In this document: piece after piece, positions 1 to 13,949 of the stretch
Numbering within the stretch: position 1 is the first letter of the stretch
Layout: the number at the start of each line of letters is the position of its first letter
NCBI GenBank assembly: GCA_964016885.1
Contig: OZ024741.1
Span: forward strand, 381,300,001-381,364,000
DNA from: Eledone cirrhosa
Lineage: Eukaryota
Direction: 5' to 3'
DNA: 64,000 nt
Translations under genes and position numbers: made by a program
The notes under the pieces: model-generated
Database searches by the model: none
What the model saw: only the letters and a program-made list of their open reading frames with translations
Told to the model about the DNA's origin: nothing

Positions 1-1542
1 ATAAAATGAAAGAATGTAACTGCAATTTCAATAGTAGATATATCGTTATGCTATAGCGTTACTCTAAAAATAGAAGTAATTTGAGTCCTAGGATCAGCTG
101 GCCCCTGTTGACTGTGTTGAGAATAGATGCTGTCCATTCTTGTGGAAATCTCGCCTTCACTTCGAACGATTGTGTTAACCTTTGGTCTGTATTAGGAAAA
201 GAGGGGTCATGTAGAACGAGGTTAGTGATCCTGCATTAATGGAAATTGCTACAGAAATGAGGGACACACATTTACGACGTCAAGAATAAAAAAAACATTC
301 AGAACTTCCGTCGAATGGAAACCAGATGGAGAGCTACCAAGATCTGGTTGAGCTTCATGGAGAAAAACTGCAAGCCCAATTTTCGTCGTATTTGTCGATT
401 ATCCAAAATATGAGGGCCAATCGACAATGCTTAAACGATATGTCCACATGGACAATTAGTGGAGATAATGAATGGGTTCCACGATGGTGCATCCGCCAGC
501 GTCTATCTTGGGTGTGACATCACGGCCTCTTTTCTGGAGGGCATGTATTAAATCAGAGCTGTTTACTAATTGCTGTGTAAATATCCACACAAGAATAATA
601 TCCTGTAGGAGGTGCCACGGTATGTATAGCATATAAGTGCCATTCTATGTTTAACTTCACTCATCTATATATATATAAAACTGAGGATGTCTGTCTATGT
701 GTGTGTGTGTGAGTTTGAATCCCTAAAACTCGAGAAGCACCCAACCGACTGTTTTCAAACGTTACACATGTCATACTTATGTTTCAGGGACTGTTCTCAG
801 CAAAAAACATTTCAAACTTTCAATGCCCTAGGGAGGGACCGCATTATAATATTTAGGGATCTCTCTCTATAATTCTTAGTCTTTTTATTTTAGATAGATA
901 CATACATATAGCGTCGTGCCCTTCTAATATCTGTCAATATGTTTGGCTGTGTGCATTACGTCACTTCCCACAATTCCATCTGCGTCTAGAACGCGCCCTT
1001 ATAATATATGTCTGTATGTCTGGCTGTCTGCTGTCTCCGGTTATATATGCCACCCTTGCTCAAGACAAATGTCACACTCATTCCCCAAACAGTTGCTAAG
1101 TGGACACAACTTCTTCCTCACGTTTTAAGCCACATTGTTGCCTACTTACGTACCACCAGACCCTTACTTCTTTGCCAGCCGTGGTTGTGGCAATATTAAG
1201 CTTAGCTAAGGCGGTTATATATTTTACACAACAATAAAAATTAAAGCCGGTAAAGAAAAACATCGCTATAATAGCTTCAGTTTTCACAGTTTTGCTTACT
1301 TACGTGCCTTTAGGACCATGTTATCGAGGCAACAATCCTCTCTGGGGGCGGAAAAGGCGACGATGTCTTCATTCCGAGAATTCCTCTTACTCCCTCGGGA
1401 GCCGAAATTCCGTTTACCTTCAGAAGACTGCAATTCCCGCTTCGGGTCACTTTTGCCATGTTCAATAACAAGTCCCAGGGGCAGACTCTTTCTGGGGCCA
1501 GACTTCTACTGGAAGAGCCCCGTTTCAACCAGGGACACTTGT

Positions 1543-1950
1543 ACGTTGGGTGCACTAGAGTTGGCAGCAGCGAGAGGCTTTTTGCATTTGCACGACGAGG
1601 GAAAACAAGGAACATTGTTTACAACGAGGTGTTATAAATGCAACAGCGAGAAGGTAGGTTCATTATTGCCCTTTCTTAAACCAATCTGGTCTCAATTCGT
1701 ACGGGCTACTATCTGAAATGCGTTTTGTCTACGATTTAAGGTGAACCCTTTAGCTAAGAACCTTCCCCTTGACAATCGGTGCGGCAATGTAAGGTCGCTA
1801 AGCGGATCGTTGTTCGTTGGGTGCTCTAGAGTTGGCAGCTGGCAGAGTCTTCTTGCATTTGCACAAGGACGAGGTAGGTTCGTTATCAACATTTCTTAAG
1901 GCAATCTGGTTGCCTTTCATACAGCCTATTACCTGAAATACGTTTTCCCT
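1543..1950. repeat. Diverged direct duplication inside the Helitron-like region
   Basis: cgttgggtgcactagagttggcagc..ttgcatttgcac..aggtaggttc..caatctggt..ctgaaatgcgtttt (1543-1727) recurs at ~1815-1947 with an internal deletion. Confidence 0.75.
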
Positions 1951-2049
1951 TGGCTTCAGGTGACTACCTTCAGAAATGGACCTTCCGCTTCGCACTTGGC
2001 GCGTCAATGTATGGCTGTTAAATGGACCGTGAACGCATACTGATTCATT

Positions 2050-2300
2050 CTAAAGGCTACCAGTGGAAGCAACCGTGACACCCTCCTTCAAATGTCAGAG
2101 AACGCAATCAAAGTCACTATTAAGGGCTACAAGTGAAGGCTCACATCGCCCTTTTTAGGGCCACCACTTGAAATCGTTGATGGTTATACCTCCTTACTGG
2201 GGTGTCAGTGAACGGCTTACACGGCCCTTTTAAGGGCCCTTGAATTAGCTGATGGCGACTCTTTCGTTTAGGGCTGCCAGTGAACGCGCATACGCCTCGG
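2050..2300. repeat. Degenerate minisatellite-like tandem array
   Basis: Recurring agggct(a/g)c(c/a)agtgaa(c/g)gc-like units at ~2053, 2123, 2157, 2199 and 2270, spaced roughly 35-75 bp apart. Confidence 0.55.
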
Positions 2301-3296
2301 GGCACATTTTATTGCACAATCCCTCTTTAAATTTGTTAAATTATTCCCACAGTTTGGTAAATCTTTGTCCAGTTGCGTTTACTTACTAAGGTGCGGTGGA
2401 CTCCTTCGAGAAGGCTCAACAAGCTTTCCGATTGTACGTCATGCCTTGCTCAAGCATTACAGATTTCCCTCTGACATAAGTGGTGATCTCTGTCCTGCTG
2501 ACTCATGCCACTTTATTAAAGTACAGAAGCACCAAGCCGATTTTCTCCACGTGGAAGGAGAAGCATACCTAATACTAATTGCATCAGAGTATTTGGTTTA
2601 TTTTCTTTACATATTTCCAGGCATGCAGTTTTCCCACGATTAGGTCTGTTGGCGGCCCGCGTTATGTTTCAGGGAGTGTTATGCACATAAACAATTCAAC
2701 CTTTTGATCCTTTTGTTCATTCTTATCTATCTTTGATATATCAATGAAATTATAACAGCTTTGTTTGTTACATATGTGAAAACCGTAATTTTTTATTAAG
2801 AAAAAAACCAATGTATTATTTTACATACATTAACCTAGTAATAACATGTATAGTTTGCAGTTTTAGGACAATAAACCTCCACCAACTCTGATCAAGCTTG
2901 TCTATTACCAAACGAATAAGAACCATAACTATTTCCTTCTTTTTTCAGACTGTCTATTTATGTAGAGTTTATCCAAAATTATTTTTTATGCTAACTGAAT
3001 GGGATGTAATATGGAATAGATTCGGCAGTTAATTATAGGTATTTTATTTCTTCTCAGCGTGGGTGATACTGATGTTAATGATTCATACGACTTTTGAAGA
3101 TGAATAATTCGAAACAATAAAATGAGAAATGTTAGTTGGTGTAAACTTCTGTATGTGACCTACTATATATGTTGTAATGTATGATTATAAAGAGAGGTGG
3201 AAGAGTTAATCGTGTGTAAAGTTATGTACTAAGACATGTTTTAAGCTAAGTTAGAATATTAACAGAAGCCATAAATCATGAAAGACAGTCGTAGGA

Positions 3297-3305
3297 AAGA
3301 GATAG

Positions 3306-3342
<37 letters not shown>

Positions 3343-3382
3343 TATAGATAGATAGATATATAGATAGAGAGATAGAGAGAGA

Positions 3383-3465
<83 letters not shown>
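3297..3465. repeat. (ATAG)n/(AG)n compound microsatellite
   Basis: Direct reading. Confidence 0.98.
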
Positions 3466-4879
3466 GGTAATAGAGAAAGAAAGAGTGATAGGGAAAGGGG
3501 TTAAATAGTTGGGGGCAAGCATGTTTATGAAAATATAGCTGCCATTAAATTAGTTATTTCAGCTGTAACCAAGTGTAGGATATTTATTTCTTTGTATATT
3601 ATGTTTAACGTTGAAACGATTTTCAAGTAAAATCTTAACTTCATGAAGAATTGCATACTGATATTTAAAGGAATCAAATTTTAATTTACAAAGCTATTGC
3701 ATCAACCTATGATGCAGAATATCCTTATTTATCACATTACGTGCACACATGTCTTTGGACATTTCATCCCTTTCTATCCAAATTTCACGAAGAGACTGTT
3801 CTGTTGATTGAATAACTGGAACAATCATCATCTAAACCATCGGAGGTTCATTCGATAACATTAATAATTTCGAATTCGTTTACTATTACGAGGCTGGAAC
3901 ATACTTCTTCAGTTTCAATTTTTCTAACGGGTCTAACGAACTAATAAAACGATAATAAATCATGAGAAATGTCCTCGAAGCCTATTTGCTATGTTTGAAT
4001 TTGAAGTAAACACACTTTTAATAATGTCAGTTCGTTTCATACGCTTTTGTTCTTTCGAATGACATGTCGCTTTATCCACCGTATATTTTATTTTTACTTT
4101 CGGCTATTTATGACATGAACTAATAAGTTGTCTCTTGATCCCACGTTGCCGGACAGAACTCAGGCCGCAAGATCAGCTCCTGTCATGCTGTGTGACATAT
4201 AAATTAAGTCAAGAGAAGCAATCAATAAGAACATTTTATCATAACTGGAAATTTTGTACAAACAAAGTTGGGGAAAATCATTTCTTTTCTTAGTGAATGC
4301 CATTCTCGCTTAGTACAGAAGAAAGAAAGGAAAAACAAATCAAATAATATCGGGAAAAGAAAATCAAATGAACTTGTCAGAACATTTCAATAATTCAGTA
4401 TCCATGATACTTTCTATAATCCACATCAAAGAGAATAGTGTATTTTGTCACTGCTATTCTTTATTATGTCACTCAGCATTATATTCAATTATATATTTAT
4501 ATTAAAACTGCATATGTCTTACTAATATATAACCCTACTGCAATGACGTTCTAATTATGGTTTCTGACAAACAGACATATATATTTCTTTACCCATCACA
4601 AACCGCCATACTATATTTTCAAAAATTGTTACTACCACAATAAACTCCTTCATATTCCCTTCGTTCGATTTAGGGTGTGAGAATGAAGGACACTTTTGTT
4701 GATTATACACAGAATTTTACACAGGGTGAGGCTCTCAACAATTAATGAATCAGCAATTTCTATCCTCATTTCATATTTTCTTATCTTAAAATACTTAGTG
4801 TGTAAAATTAAATTAAATCTAAAATTGTCCATTTCTCCTATGTGAAAATATGAACTTCAAGATGAAACGAGGCTACCTC

Positions 4880-5050
4880 ACTAGTCTCGTTCAACGTGCT
4901 AGAAATAGCAGCCACCTCTTAGTCAAGTCATAATACATTGACTACCGGGTATATAAAAATAGGATGCTCAAGGGTAAAATGCTTTTGATAGTAGCTCCAC
5001 TCGAACTCCACCAGACTTACGTAATTATGGTTGATACAAGACTAGTTATG
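4880..5050 (+). repeat. Old dispersed repeat fragment (SINE-like family B)
   Basis: tagaaatagcagcca motif shared with ~5680 and, inverted and degenerate, with ~10830-10870. Confidence 0.45.
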
Positions 5051-5659
5051 GAACAAATCAATGTAAAACTGACAACTAGTGTCAACATTAAATCTTGCTT
5101 TCTGTTCAAGTATATGATTAACGTCTTCGCACATACACTACATTTTACATAATATTTTAATATTAATCTCTAAGACGTAATTTGAACTATGTAGAAATAT
5201 ATATTGAAAACCACGGGTCTGAAACACAAGGCAGTGTTGCTAAGGTGACAGGTTGCATTAATCACGGGTTCCAATTACAATATTAGTTATTTCTTCTCTC
5301 ATTAAAATTGACGTTTCCATGCAATTTTATTTGATTTTGAAGATGCTTTCATTTTATTATATAAATTCGCATGCAAGTTCCACTCGCGCAAATCTGACTA
5401 GATGGTAGATTTAGTCCTAACCCTGTCAATAATATCGCGGTTATAGTCTGTGCATAATCACATATTCTCGGATAAATTGCATTTAAGAATGTCAAGAAAA
5501 TGAATATTAATGAAGATTCATTTTAAAATGAGTATGAATGAATATTCATTTTCTGGGCAGCTGTGCATGCCAGTTAAAGACTGAAGAATTAACTAGATTT
5601 AATAAGTATTCCTCACTACTATCACCTACGAACTATACAATAAGCTAGTGAGAGAACCT

Positions 5660-5850
5660 GAAGTATTTGCTTGTCTTACTAGAAATAGCAACCAAATTTC
5701 CTTCAAATCTCATCCTAGAAAATTACACTTTGAATGATGTAGCGCTGGGTTCATTGAACGCAAGACATCGATTGAGTGGAGACAGGTAGAATGTTTTTGA
5801 TCTTAGGTCTGCTCCATATGGGCTGATCTTTAACTAATCAACAACAACAT
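5660..5850 (+). repeat. Old dispersed repeat fragment (family B) ending in (CAA)n
   Basis: tagaaatagcaaccaaatttccttcaaatctcatcc ... tttgatcttaggtctgctc ... caacaacaac. Similar in reverse to 10690-10870. Confidence 0.5.
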
Positions 5851-6039
5851 ATTATCACAATTTCTACAAATATACACAATTAATAAACATCCTAAGGAAT
5901 GTAACCTATAGATGTTTTCAGTTAAACGACCTAAGTAAAATGGGAATTGGTTTCTGATAGAAAAATCACCTTAATCACATCATCTCCATGTTTAGGAATA
6001 TTCCAGGAAGCAAATCTTTTGAAACTGAGACACGACATA

Positions 6040-6160
6040 ATAATTGTTTCTAACTTTGGCACAAGGCCAGCAATTATACCAGTGCATTACTGGTACTTTA
6101 TTTTATCAACCCCGCAAGGATGAAATACAAAGCTAACCTCGGCAGGATTTTAACTCAGGC
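6040..6160 (-). mobile_element. tRNA-derived SINE fragment (MESC/Meta-like core)
   Basis: Reverse complement matches the 3' two thirds of the 58704-58890 SINE (gagttaaaatcctgccgaggtt..ttcatccttgcggggttgataaaataaagtaccagt..tagaaacaattat). Confidence 0.85.
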
Positions 6161-9100
6161 CATAATGAGAAGCTTACAGGTAAATTGATTTACAAAATAT
6201 ATAATGACAAGCTAGGCTTAATACTTCCTTTGGATGATTTTGCGTAATGTATAATTGAGCCAAGATACAGTCTGGCCGAATATTTAAGGGATACACTTCG
6301 GAATCACGAGCTTCTGTGCTTTATTCAACTATCTGATATAATTGAGCCAGAGTCTTTAATACACCCTTCCATTAAAGGGTTTCAAGGGGAATTAAGGAGT
6401 TAGAAATTGTTTGTAAAATTCTCAGGTGGGTTGTACCTGCAATGTATAGGTCATACTTGTCACTCTATATCACTGTACATGCCTGAGCAGCTAATTACGT
6501 TAATGATATATATGTCCAAATGACCCTTTAATCAAACAACTGAAATATTCATCGTCTATTGCAACTCAAATCCATTTACTTTTCCAAATATTTCAACGAT
6601 TGCTGTGTAGGATTCTTAAATAGTTGGTAACATACTTAAATCTTCTCTTCCTAGGATGGATGTTTTAAAACTGTAGAACACTATATCATTTATCATTCGC
6701 CATTTCATATATATAATATTACTATATAATAATAATATAATAAATATTTTCACTTAAACATTTCCTAAGAAACTGGATTCTTGTGATATTAGATCATTAG
6801 ATGTTTCGTATATTATTTCAAATTTCTTAATGGATTTTCTATATATTTCGTGTTTCCTTTTACATTTTCAATATCATCTTTTATATACACAAGAACATAT
6901 TGGAAAAATAAATTTTATCACTATAAAAATAAATGTTAGACATAGTTGACTCACTAAATATGCCACTTTAAACGCGACACAAAACTAGTGAACCCTGACT
7001 TGGTTTCAGGTTTCAGAAACAAATAAGGAATAATATGATCATATTGGCAGTTAAAGTAAAGCCGAATATATGTATATATGTAATAAAAATATTACGCCTT
7101 AGAATATGATATCAGTTATCAAAGTGAGAACATATATAAGTTTCTTAGTGACAAAACAAACGTTTAAAGTAGTATGTAGTAGCATGTAACATACGTATGT
7201 TTTAGGGTTAATCATTATGTACTTTCATCGACTTAAAAGTAAGCAAGCAATTAATTTCAAATAAAAACAAATATATATTTACAGAATAATCTGTATTGTG
7301 TCGAAAGATGTCATTAGAAATGACCTGGCACTTTCAGGGCTGCTTCTCTGATATACAGACTATAAACAACTTAAATATGTATTGTTGTATATATTTTACT
7401 ATGTTCTGTGAACAACACTGCTAGAGATTTACGTATAGAAACCATATTTAAAGAATATTTGGAATTTTAGTCTTAAAGAAATAGAAGTGAAATATACTAT
7501 ACCTTTGAAAAACCAAACACATATTCCGGCTCTTTTCACCGCAAACAATATGAAATTAAAAACAAATGTTTTTCCTACATTTTTATTTCTTTTGCCGGGG
7601 GACTAAAGTTAACGAAATAGCACCTTTTCATTTGAGTCATTTGATGGATAAATTGCAATGTTTTTTCCATTTTCACTTTGAATATTAGGCAAAATTGATT
7701 TTGTAAATGAATACAAATCGTCCTGTATATATATAAAGGATATTTAGTATATGTCTGAAAAACAAAAGAACGTAGGTCTGTGTAATGTAAATTATGTTTA
7801 CCTAACTTCAAATATTTGAATACCACTATAATTCATTATACACTACATCTATATTCTTGTATATTAGATGTAAAATAACAAATAATTTATCTTCTTTCAG
7901 GATCAAAGAAATCAATATGAAATTTCGTTGTGAGGTTAAAGAAACACATAGGAGATTATCAAATTCAGAGGAAATAGCGTGAGGCGAAATACATTTTGAA
8001 ATAAAGGAGATGTTTGGAAGGAAAGAAAAAACATCAATTGCTACAAAGAGACGACTGTTTCTTTGGCGTGAAATGCTTTCTGGTAGTTAAATGTCCTTCT
8101 GTTGCACACGAAGCAGTTGTAAATAGTAACAACAATTTTCAGCATTGAATATTGCAAAGCGAAAGATGAAATCAGTTCTTCCCGGTGTAAAGAAAAGATG
8201 AAATGCTTTTCAATTATTCAATTCAATAAAGAGTTTTAATACATCAAATGTGACGTTCTTTAAAAAAATGATTAATAAATATAATACATCTCATGTTCTA
8301 GTTATATTTGGATGCTAAGTTTTCTTCTACGAATTTATAACTAACTTTATATATGTAAAAGGTACATGCATAGTTATCGAATAAATTTCAGCTCTAACTA
8401 TGTCAAGTCAATATTGATTGCTACTGGTAACAAGTAACCCAGTGCAACCTGTCGCATGGTCGGGTCGTCGCCGACTAAACCGGCAACCCCACCAAGTTTA
8501 CTTGGTGAGGAGGGTAATTTGGGACACTCTGCAGGACAAAAACAAAACCTGACAAAGGGCGGAAGAAATGATAAGAGTCAACGGTCATCAAAAAAATAAA
8601 TCCTGCCGAGACAATGTGTAGCAGTAATTCCAGCTGCACGCATCGAAAGACTGGTGTACTGGTTCTGAAAAGAATGCGGCTTTGAAGATGATCAATGCAA
8701 ATTGACAATGGAAAAGCGCTCCGGCTCGAGTTAGAAGAGAACTATTGACTTTCAGGAGAAGCAATGACCCCTGATTATATTCAGCAACCGAAACAAATAT
8801 GAAGTACACCAAATCCAATGCTCCTATGGCGGCACTGGTTCTTCTTATTTGCGAGTGTAAACTCGACCAAATTAGATTAGATATAGCTTAAGTTATTCTT
8901 CACATTAGATATCTCACTGCTGATATCAGATTTATTAATTTCTGGACTTATTTTGATACGATTCTTAGAAGTACTAATTACAAAACTAATGCGATGATTT
9001 TATTTAATACGCGGTACATAAAATGAAGAAATTAAATAACAAAACGTTTTTATCCGGGACTGTAAAAAATCCTAATGGTTTTATTGGAAAAAGAGTGATT

Positions 9101-9776
9101 GCACTGCAATGCAAACATAAATGACACCACATTAATTGCCTGTTATGGTTTATAATTGAACAATGGTTACATCACATACCAGTTAGTAATAACTTATATA
9201 AATAGTCAGCTGAGAGGTTGACCTACACAATAAATATTGTTTCAATTTAGTTCTATGAAAAAAATCGGTATTACTAATTTAAACTTAATTGTGTGCCAAT
9301 GACCTTAAAGATGAACAAAGTTCAATTATTGTTATGTTGTTTTTTTATATTATGTAGGTTAAACGTTCTGTACATTCCTTTAAAAGCAATGCCTCATTAT
9401 GAAGAAAAGGTACGCTTCAACGAAAATATCTTTGCAGGAATAAACTCTTATTTTTTCTCTCTTTACTGTATGCATATATATATGCAAATGAGATTTTGGA
9501 TTCGTTTGTTTAGTCTTTGATGTTTGAAGATATAATTTTTTTTTCAATAACAGCACATAAAACTACTTGCCTTCAGCTATGACGAATTGCAATTCAATTC
9601 ATTTAAGCATACGTTTCTCTATTATCAGATGGTTGAGTGCAAGCTATTACGCGGTAATCGTTTCCTGAAGTTTCCTTAATACACGAATAATTTCAACTTT
9701 TTTCAAGGCAACTCATATACATATATTCGAGGTATTTTATTGAAGGAGAATGTTATGTAAATTATATTCTTTCGGG

Positions 9777-9829
9777 TAGGAATCTATAAAAGAAAATATA
9801 TTTAGGAATCTATAAAAGAAAATATATTT
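9777..9829. repeat. Perfect 26-bp tandem duplication
   Basis: taggaatctataaaagaaaatatatt x2. Confidence 0.9.
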
Positions 9830-10422
9830 ATTATTTCGATTCTTTTGCAGCAGAATTATAAAAATAAAAGATAAATAAATAAAAGAACTAGTCCCCCATT
9901 AAGTATTAATCATCATCTTATAATATAGTTTGTCAAATGACTCTTAGAAAAAGCCGTGCTGATTAAACGTGGGCGCAAAACGAGGAAAATAAAATAAAAA
10001 CAAGTGGTTCTATAAAGATTTACAATTTGCCATTACTATCGGCGAACAAATTTTGCCTGTTTTTATCAATTACACATCTTAGCATTGCGTCGAGGCTATT
10101 ATCAATATTATCTCTCTGAACATCAGCTGATGAAAACGTAGCAATCCAAATTTATAATCCGTATCGATCTTACGCTTAGCATCTAATCTTTTCTAAAACA
10201 TTGCCTTTAAGAACCAACTTTTAGAAAGTTTTACAAGGATAACTACTATTAAATGTACATACTGATATAATGTGAACGCAGTTATTTTCTTCGTAACAAA
10301 TATGGAGAGAATATCAGTTTTGCAACAAAGTGACAGTTAAATATGTGAGAATTTAGTTTCCAATTGAGAGATCTTGTAATTAATTACAAAATATAGCATC
10401 AATACAATCTGTTAATATTAAT

Positions 10423-10599
10423 ATAATTGCTTCTACTTTTGACACAAGGCCAGCAACAACTCAGTACATTACTGGTACTTTATTTTATCAACCCCGTAAG
10501 GGCAAAGTTAACCTCGACGGGATTTGAACTCAGTCCGTAAAGGTACGTAACTTTTTCTGCAAAGCATGGCGTCGGACCCTCTACCGATACTGCCAATCC
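10423..10599 (-). mobile_element. tRNA-derived SINE, near full length
   Basis: Reverse complement reads ggattggcagtatcggtagagggtccgacgccatgctttg..gagttcaaatcccgtcgagg..cggggttgataaaataaagtaccagt, with A-box and B-box-like motifs. Same family as 58704-58890. Confidence 0.88.
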
Positions 10600-10689
10600 T
10601 AACATTATATGTGTACAAGGAATTACTGAAACACGTACAATGCAACAATTGAAAATGCTCGATTGACCTATATGTTGTTACTATTCTTT

Positions 10690-10870
10690 ATGTTGTTGAG
10701 ATAACTCCGAGTCAGTGGTTATCAAGCAGACTTACAATCAAAGGAATTCCAACAAGGATTATTCAATCTTTTTAAAGAAATCCTAAGAAGCATTGTTCAA
10801 CGTGCAGTTTCCTTGTTTAAGACTGTGGGAGTGAGATTTGAGAGAGATCAGGCATCAACTTGTAGAAGTT
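10690..10870 (-). repeat. Old dispersed repeat fragment (family B), inverted
   Basis: Reverse complement resembles 5680-5850 (tctctctcaaatctcactcc..ctttgattgtaagtctgcttg..caacaac). Confidence 0.45.
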
Positions 10871-11245
10871 CGATCAGTGACACATAATATATCAGCCTGG
10901 TTTATCCAGTTGCCATTTGTAGAGGCTATGTTTACTTATGTACAGAAGTGAAAGTATCGAAGCTCAAATATATTCAGCTGAAATCCTCTTTACGTATTTT
11001 ATTGCGGAAATAAAAATTGCATTTATTGCTACAAGTTTTAGATCACTTTCGGGGACAAGTGAAATAGATGAACTGAATTGACAATTCATACAATTATATA
11101 TTTATATTTCACACTTATAAGGTAGCGAAACCAGAACTAAACTATATTTCAGAAAAGTTTATTGGAAGTATGTGGAATTAAATTTACAGAAGAGGTTCAG
11201 TGAGCTTATACAGAATAACAGAAGAAAAATGAAAATGAAACAAAG

Positions 11246-11265
11246 AACACGCACACACACACACC

Positions 11266-11314
<49 letters not shown>

Positions 11315-11352
11315 ACACACACACACGCACGCACATGCTCACACCCATACAC
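11246..11352. repeat. (CA)n microsatellite
   Basis: Direct reading. Confidence 0.98.
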
Positions 11353-11745
11353 AAAAATACATCACTCACCGCCAAGATAGAATATACATGATTTGACTCG
11401 GTTTGCCAGAAGCAAACCAGCTGAAATAGACATTTAATGCATTTAAGCTTTTTGGAAATGTAATTTTAAGCCAGATATACTCTGGCCAAGCGAATTCAAT
11501 TGAATACACACGCAGGCACACCACATATATATTTACACACACATATATATGTAGTAAACATGCAGCGAAATCTGTTGGTACTTTTTTTTCTGCAGCAAAT
11601 AGTCTAATAACAGGGCCTAGAGGAATAAGAAGGCATCAACACTCCCATGTTGATGCCCATTTGATCCATTGAGCACGTGTCAATGCCTTGTTATTAGACG
11701 AGCATAACATGCGGCTAAATTTTCAGATTTTACTAGCCGACTTAT

Positions 11746-11746
<1 letters not shown>

Positions 11747-11830
<84 letters not shown>

Positions 11831-11845
11831 CACACACACACACAT

Positions 11846-11876
<31 letters not shown>

Positions 11877-11944
11877 CACACACATACACACACACACATA
11901 CACACGCGCACACACATACACACACATACACACATACACACACA

Positions 11945-11974
<30 letters not shown>
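11747..11974. repeat. (CA)n then (TA)n microsatellite
   Basis: Direct reading. Confidence 0.98.
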
Positions 11975-11975
<1 letters not shown>

Positions 11976-12066
11976 AGGTTTACATATACATAAAGTTATA
12001 GATATATATGCTGCACCGGTCACTTTTTGGCTCTATGAAGAATTTATAAATTAAATAATCAGAGCA

Positions 12067-12627
12067 ATATATCATAAATCATGTCCTTAGAATTATTAGA
12101 TAAAATATATACCATTTCCTCTTCCAATTAGCATAATCAACCATATAAAAAATCAATTAGACCAAGCTATAAGAAGAAAGGCTCTATGAAGAAATCTCCG
12201 ACAAATAACCGAAAGTGGCCTCTTCGCGGTGGCCCCAATAAATTATTTATCCAACATTTCGACAGCATGTAGAAACTGACTAAATATACCATTAACCATA
12301 CACAATTAGGTGTAAAATTAAACTTAGAAGAAATGTGTACATACCGTAATTATATCTCATTTCTTCTAAGTTTAATTTTACACCTAATTGTGTATGGTTA
12401 ATGGTATATTTAGTCAGTTTCTACATGCTGTCGAAATGTTGGATAAATACTCTATTGGGGCCACCGCGAAGAGGCCACTTTCGGTTATTTGTCGGAGATT
12501 TCTTCATAAGAGCCTTTCTTCTTATAGCTTGGTCTAATTGATTTTTTATATGGTTGATTATGCTAATTGGAAGAGGAAATGGTATATATTTTATCTAATA
12601 ATTCTAAGGACATGATTTATGATATAT
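12067..12627. repeat. Long inverted repeat (arms ~270 bp, 22-nt spacer)
   Basis: 12067-12335 is the reverse complement of 12358-12627 with only a few mismatches or indels. Flanked by (TA)n. Confidence 0.95.
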
Positions 12628-13084
12628 ATATATATATATATGTATATGTGTGTGTATATGTGCGTCTGTTCGTACTTGTGCCTTATTTTCATGTACGTAG
12701 TCTGCAATCCTCTATGTACCACGCCAACATGCACATATAAACATATACACATATGTGTGCGTAAGAACGTCGATAGTACCGTGTATTGTGCATCTCACAA
12801 ACAACTTCTAGACGTGTTTTGATAGAAAAGGTGCAGATTGTATTTATTGTTAGTCATTTTATGCACACACATTTCAGTGCGCTACTGCAGAAAAACGAGT
12901 GTATGTGCAACTGTGAATTTCTGTGTGCGCGTGTGTATTTGTCTTCGTGTTTATTTGTGTGCAGAGAAGCTTGTTTTTCAATATGTGAGTATCATATTTC
13001 TATGTCCAAGCTCAATTTTTTTCCTCCCCAATATACATCAACATCCAAATTACATGCATATATTTATCTATATTAGTTTCTGGA

Positions 13085-13122
<38 letters not shown>

Positions 13123-13407
13123 TCAATTTATGAATGCGCATAATTATGTATGATTCAAATGTTGTAATAAAAGGAAAACAAGTTACAATTGAAGCATAGG
13201 TTGTTGCCACATATACATATTTCATCACTAGGGAAATCAAACGTGTCCCCCTAAAAGTCTTCCGAAGTGCAACCTGAAAATTGCTTTATACTGGCTGATT
13301 ATTCATTGTTATACGTAGTACTGGAATTTCTATATATACATAAATATGCATGCACACATACAAACACATATATATTTTTCTCTCTCTCTCGCTGTCACTA
13401 TATATAT

Positions 13408-13493
<86 letters not shown>

Positions 13494-13644
13494 GCATATA
13501 TATATTATACGTCCTAAAAAAAATCATATATGATATATACTATATATATATATATTTAGTTATACAGACCAGCATACATATACAGGTTACATAAACACAC
13601 ACACACGCGCGAAACACCACATATATATATATGTATATATATAT

Positions 13645-13680
13645 AGAGAGAGATAAACAGATACATAGATAGATAAATAG

Positions 13681-13742
<62 letters not shown>
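13645..13742. repeat. (ATAG)n tract at the 3' end of Tx1-like LINE 1
   Basis: Direct reading. Confidence 0.97.
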
Positions 13743-13949
13743 TTCTTTATAAAGGCATAAAAAGAAGGGACAAATACAAAGGGGGAGTTTACATATAATC
13801 GAGTAAAAAGGGTGTAACATGAAAATAATCGAAAATAACCTCAAAAGGGAGGGGACGTGATGGAGGTTGCACACACCCCCGAAAAAGTGTGCAATCCTTT
13901 GCCCGGGGAGCACATGGAGAAGGTGTTCCCCTCTCCTTCACTTCTTTAT

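Larger units (their letters stand above)
664..3075 (+). mobile_element. Probable non-autonomous Helitron-like element (3' boundary uncertain)
   Basis: Starts A|TCTATATATATATAAAA followed by GTCTGTCTATGTGTGTG..CCCTAAAACTCGAGAA..CAACCGA, resembling the 5' ends of invertebrate non-autonomous Helitrons. Contains internal tandem repeats. Only a degenerate candidate 3' end (cagcgtgggtgatactgatg, ~3056-3075), with no clean CTAG. Confidence 0.4.

Noticed and set aside
7881-7940. Possible small exon after ttcttctttcag
   Set aside because: Only a plausible acceptor, with a weak donor and no recognisable peptide.
8770-8800. ctgatta...cgaaac hammerhead look-alike
   Set aside because: No stem II or stem I pairing.
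12181-12235. atgaaga...cgaaagtggcctc as a hammerhead
   Set aside because: Stems I and II cannot be formed convincingly, so it is not called as a feature.
11172-13594. Many ORFs rich in CV, HT, YI or ER dipeptides (also at 19831-22476, 32497-32802, 50282-50646, 57689-59474)
   Set aside because: They are translations of microsatellites, not genes.
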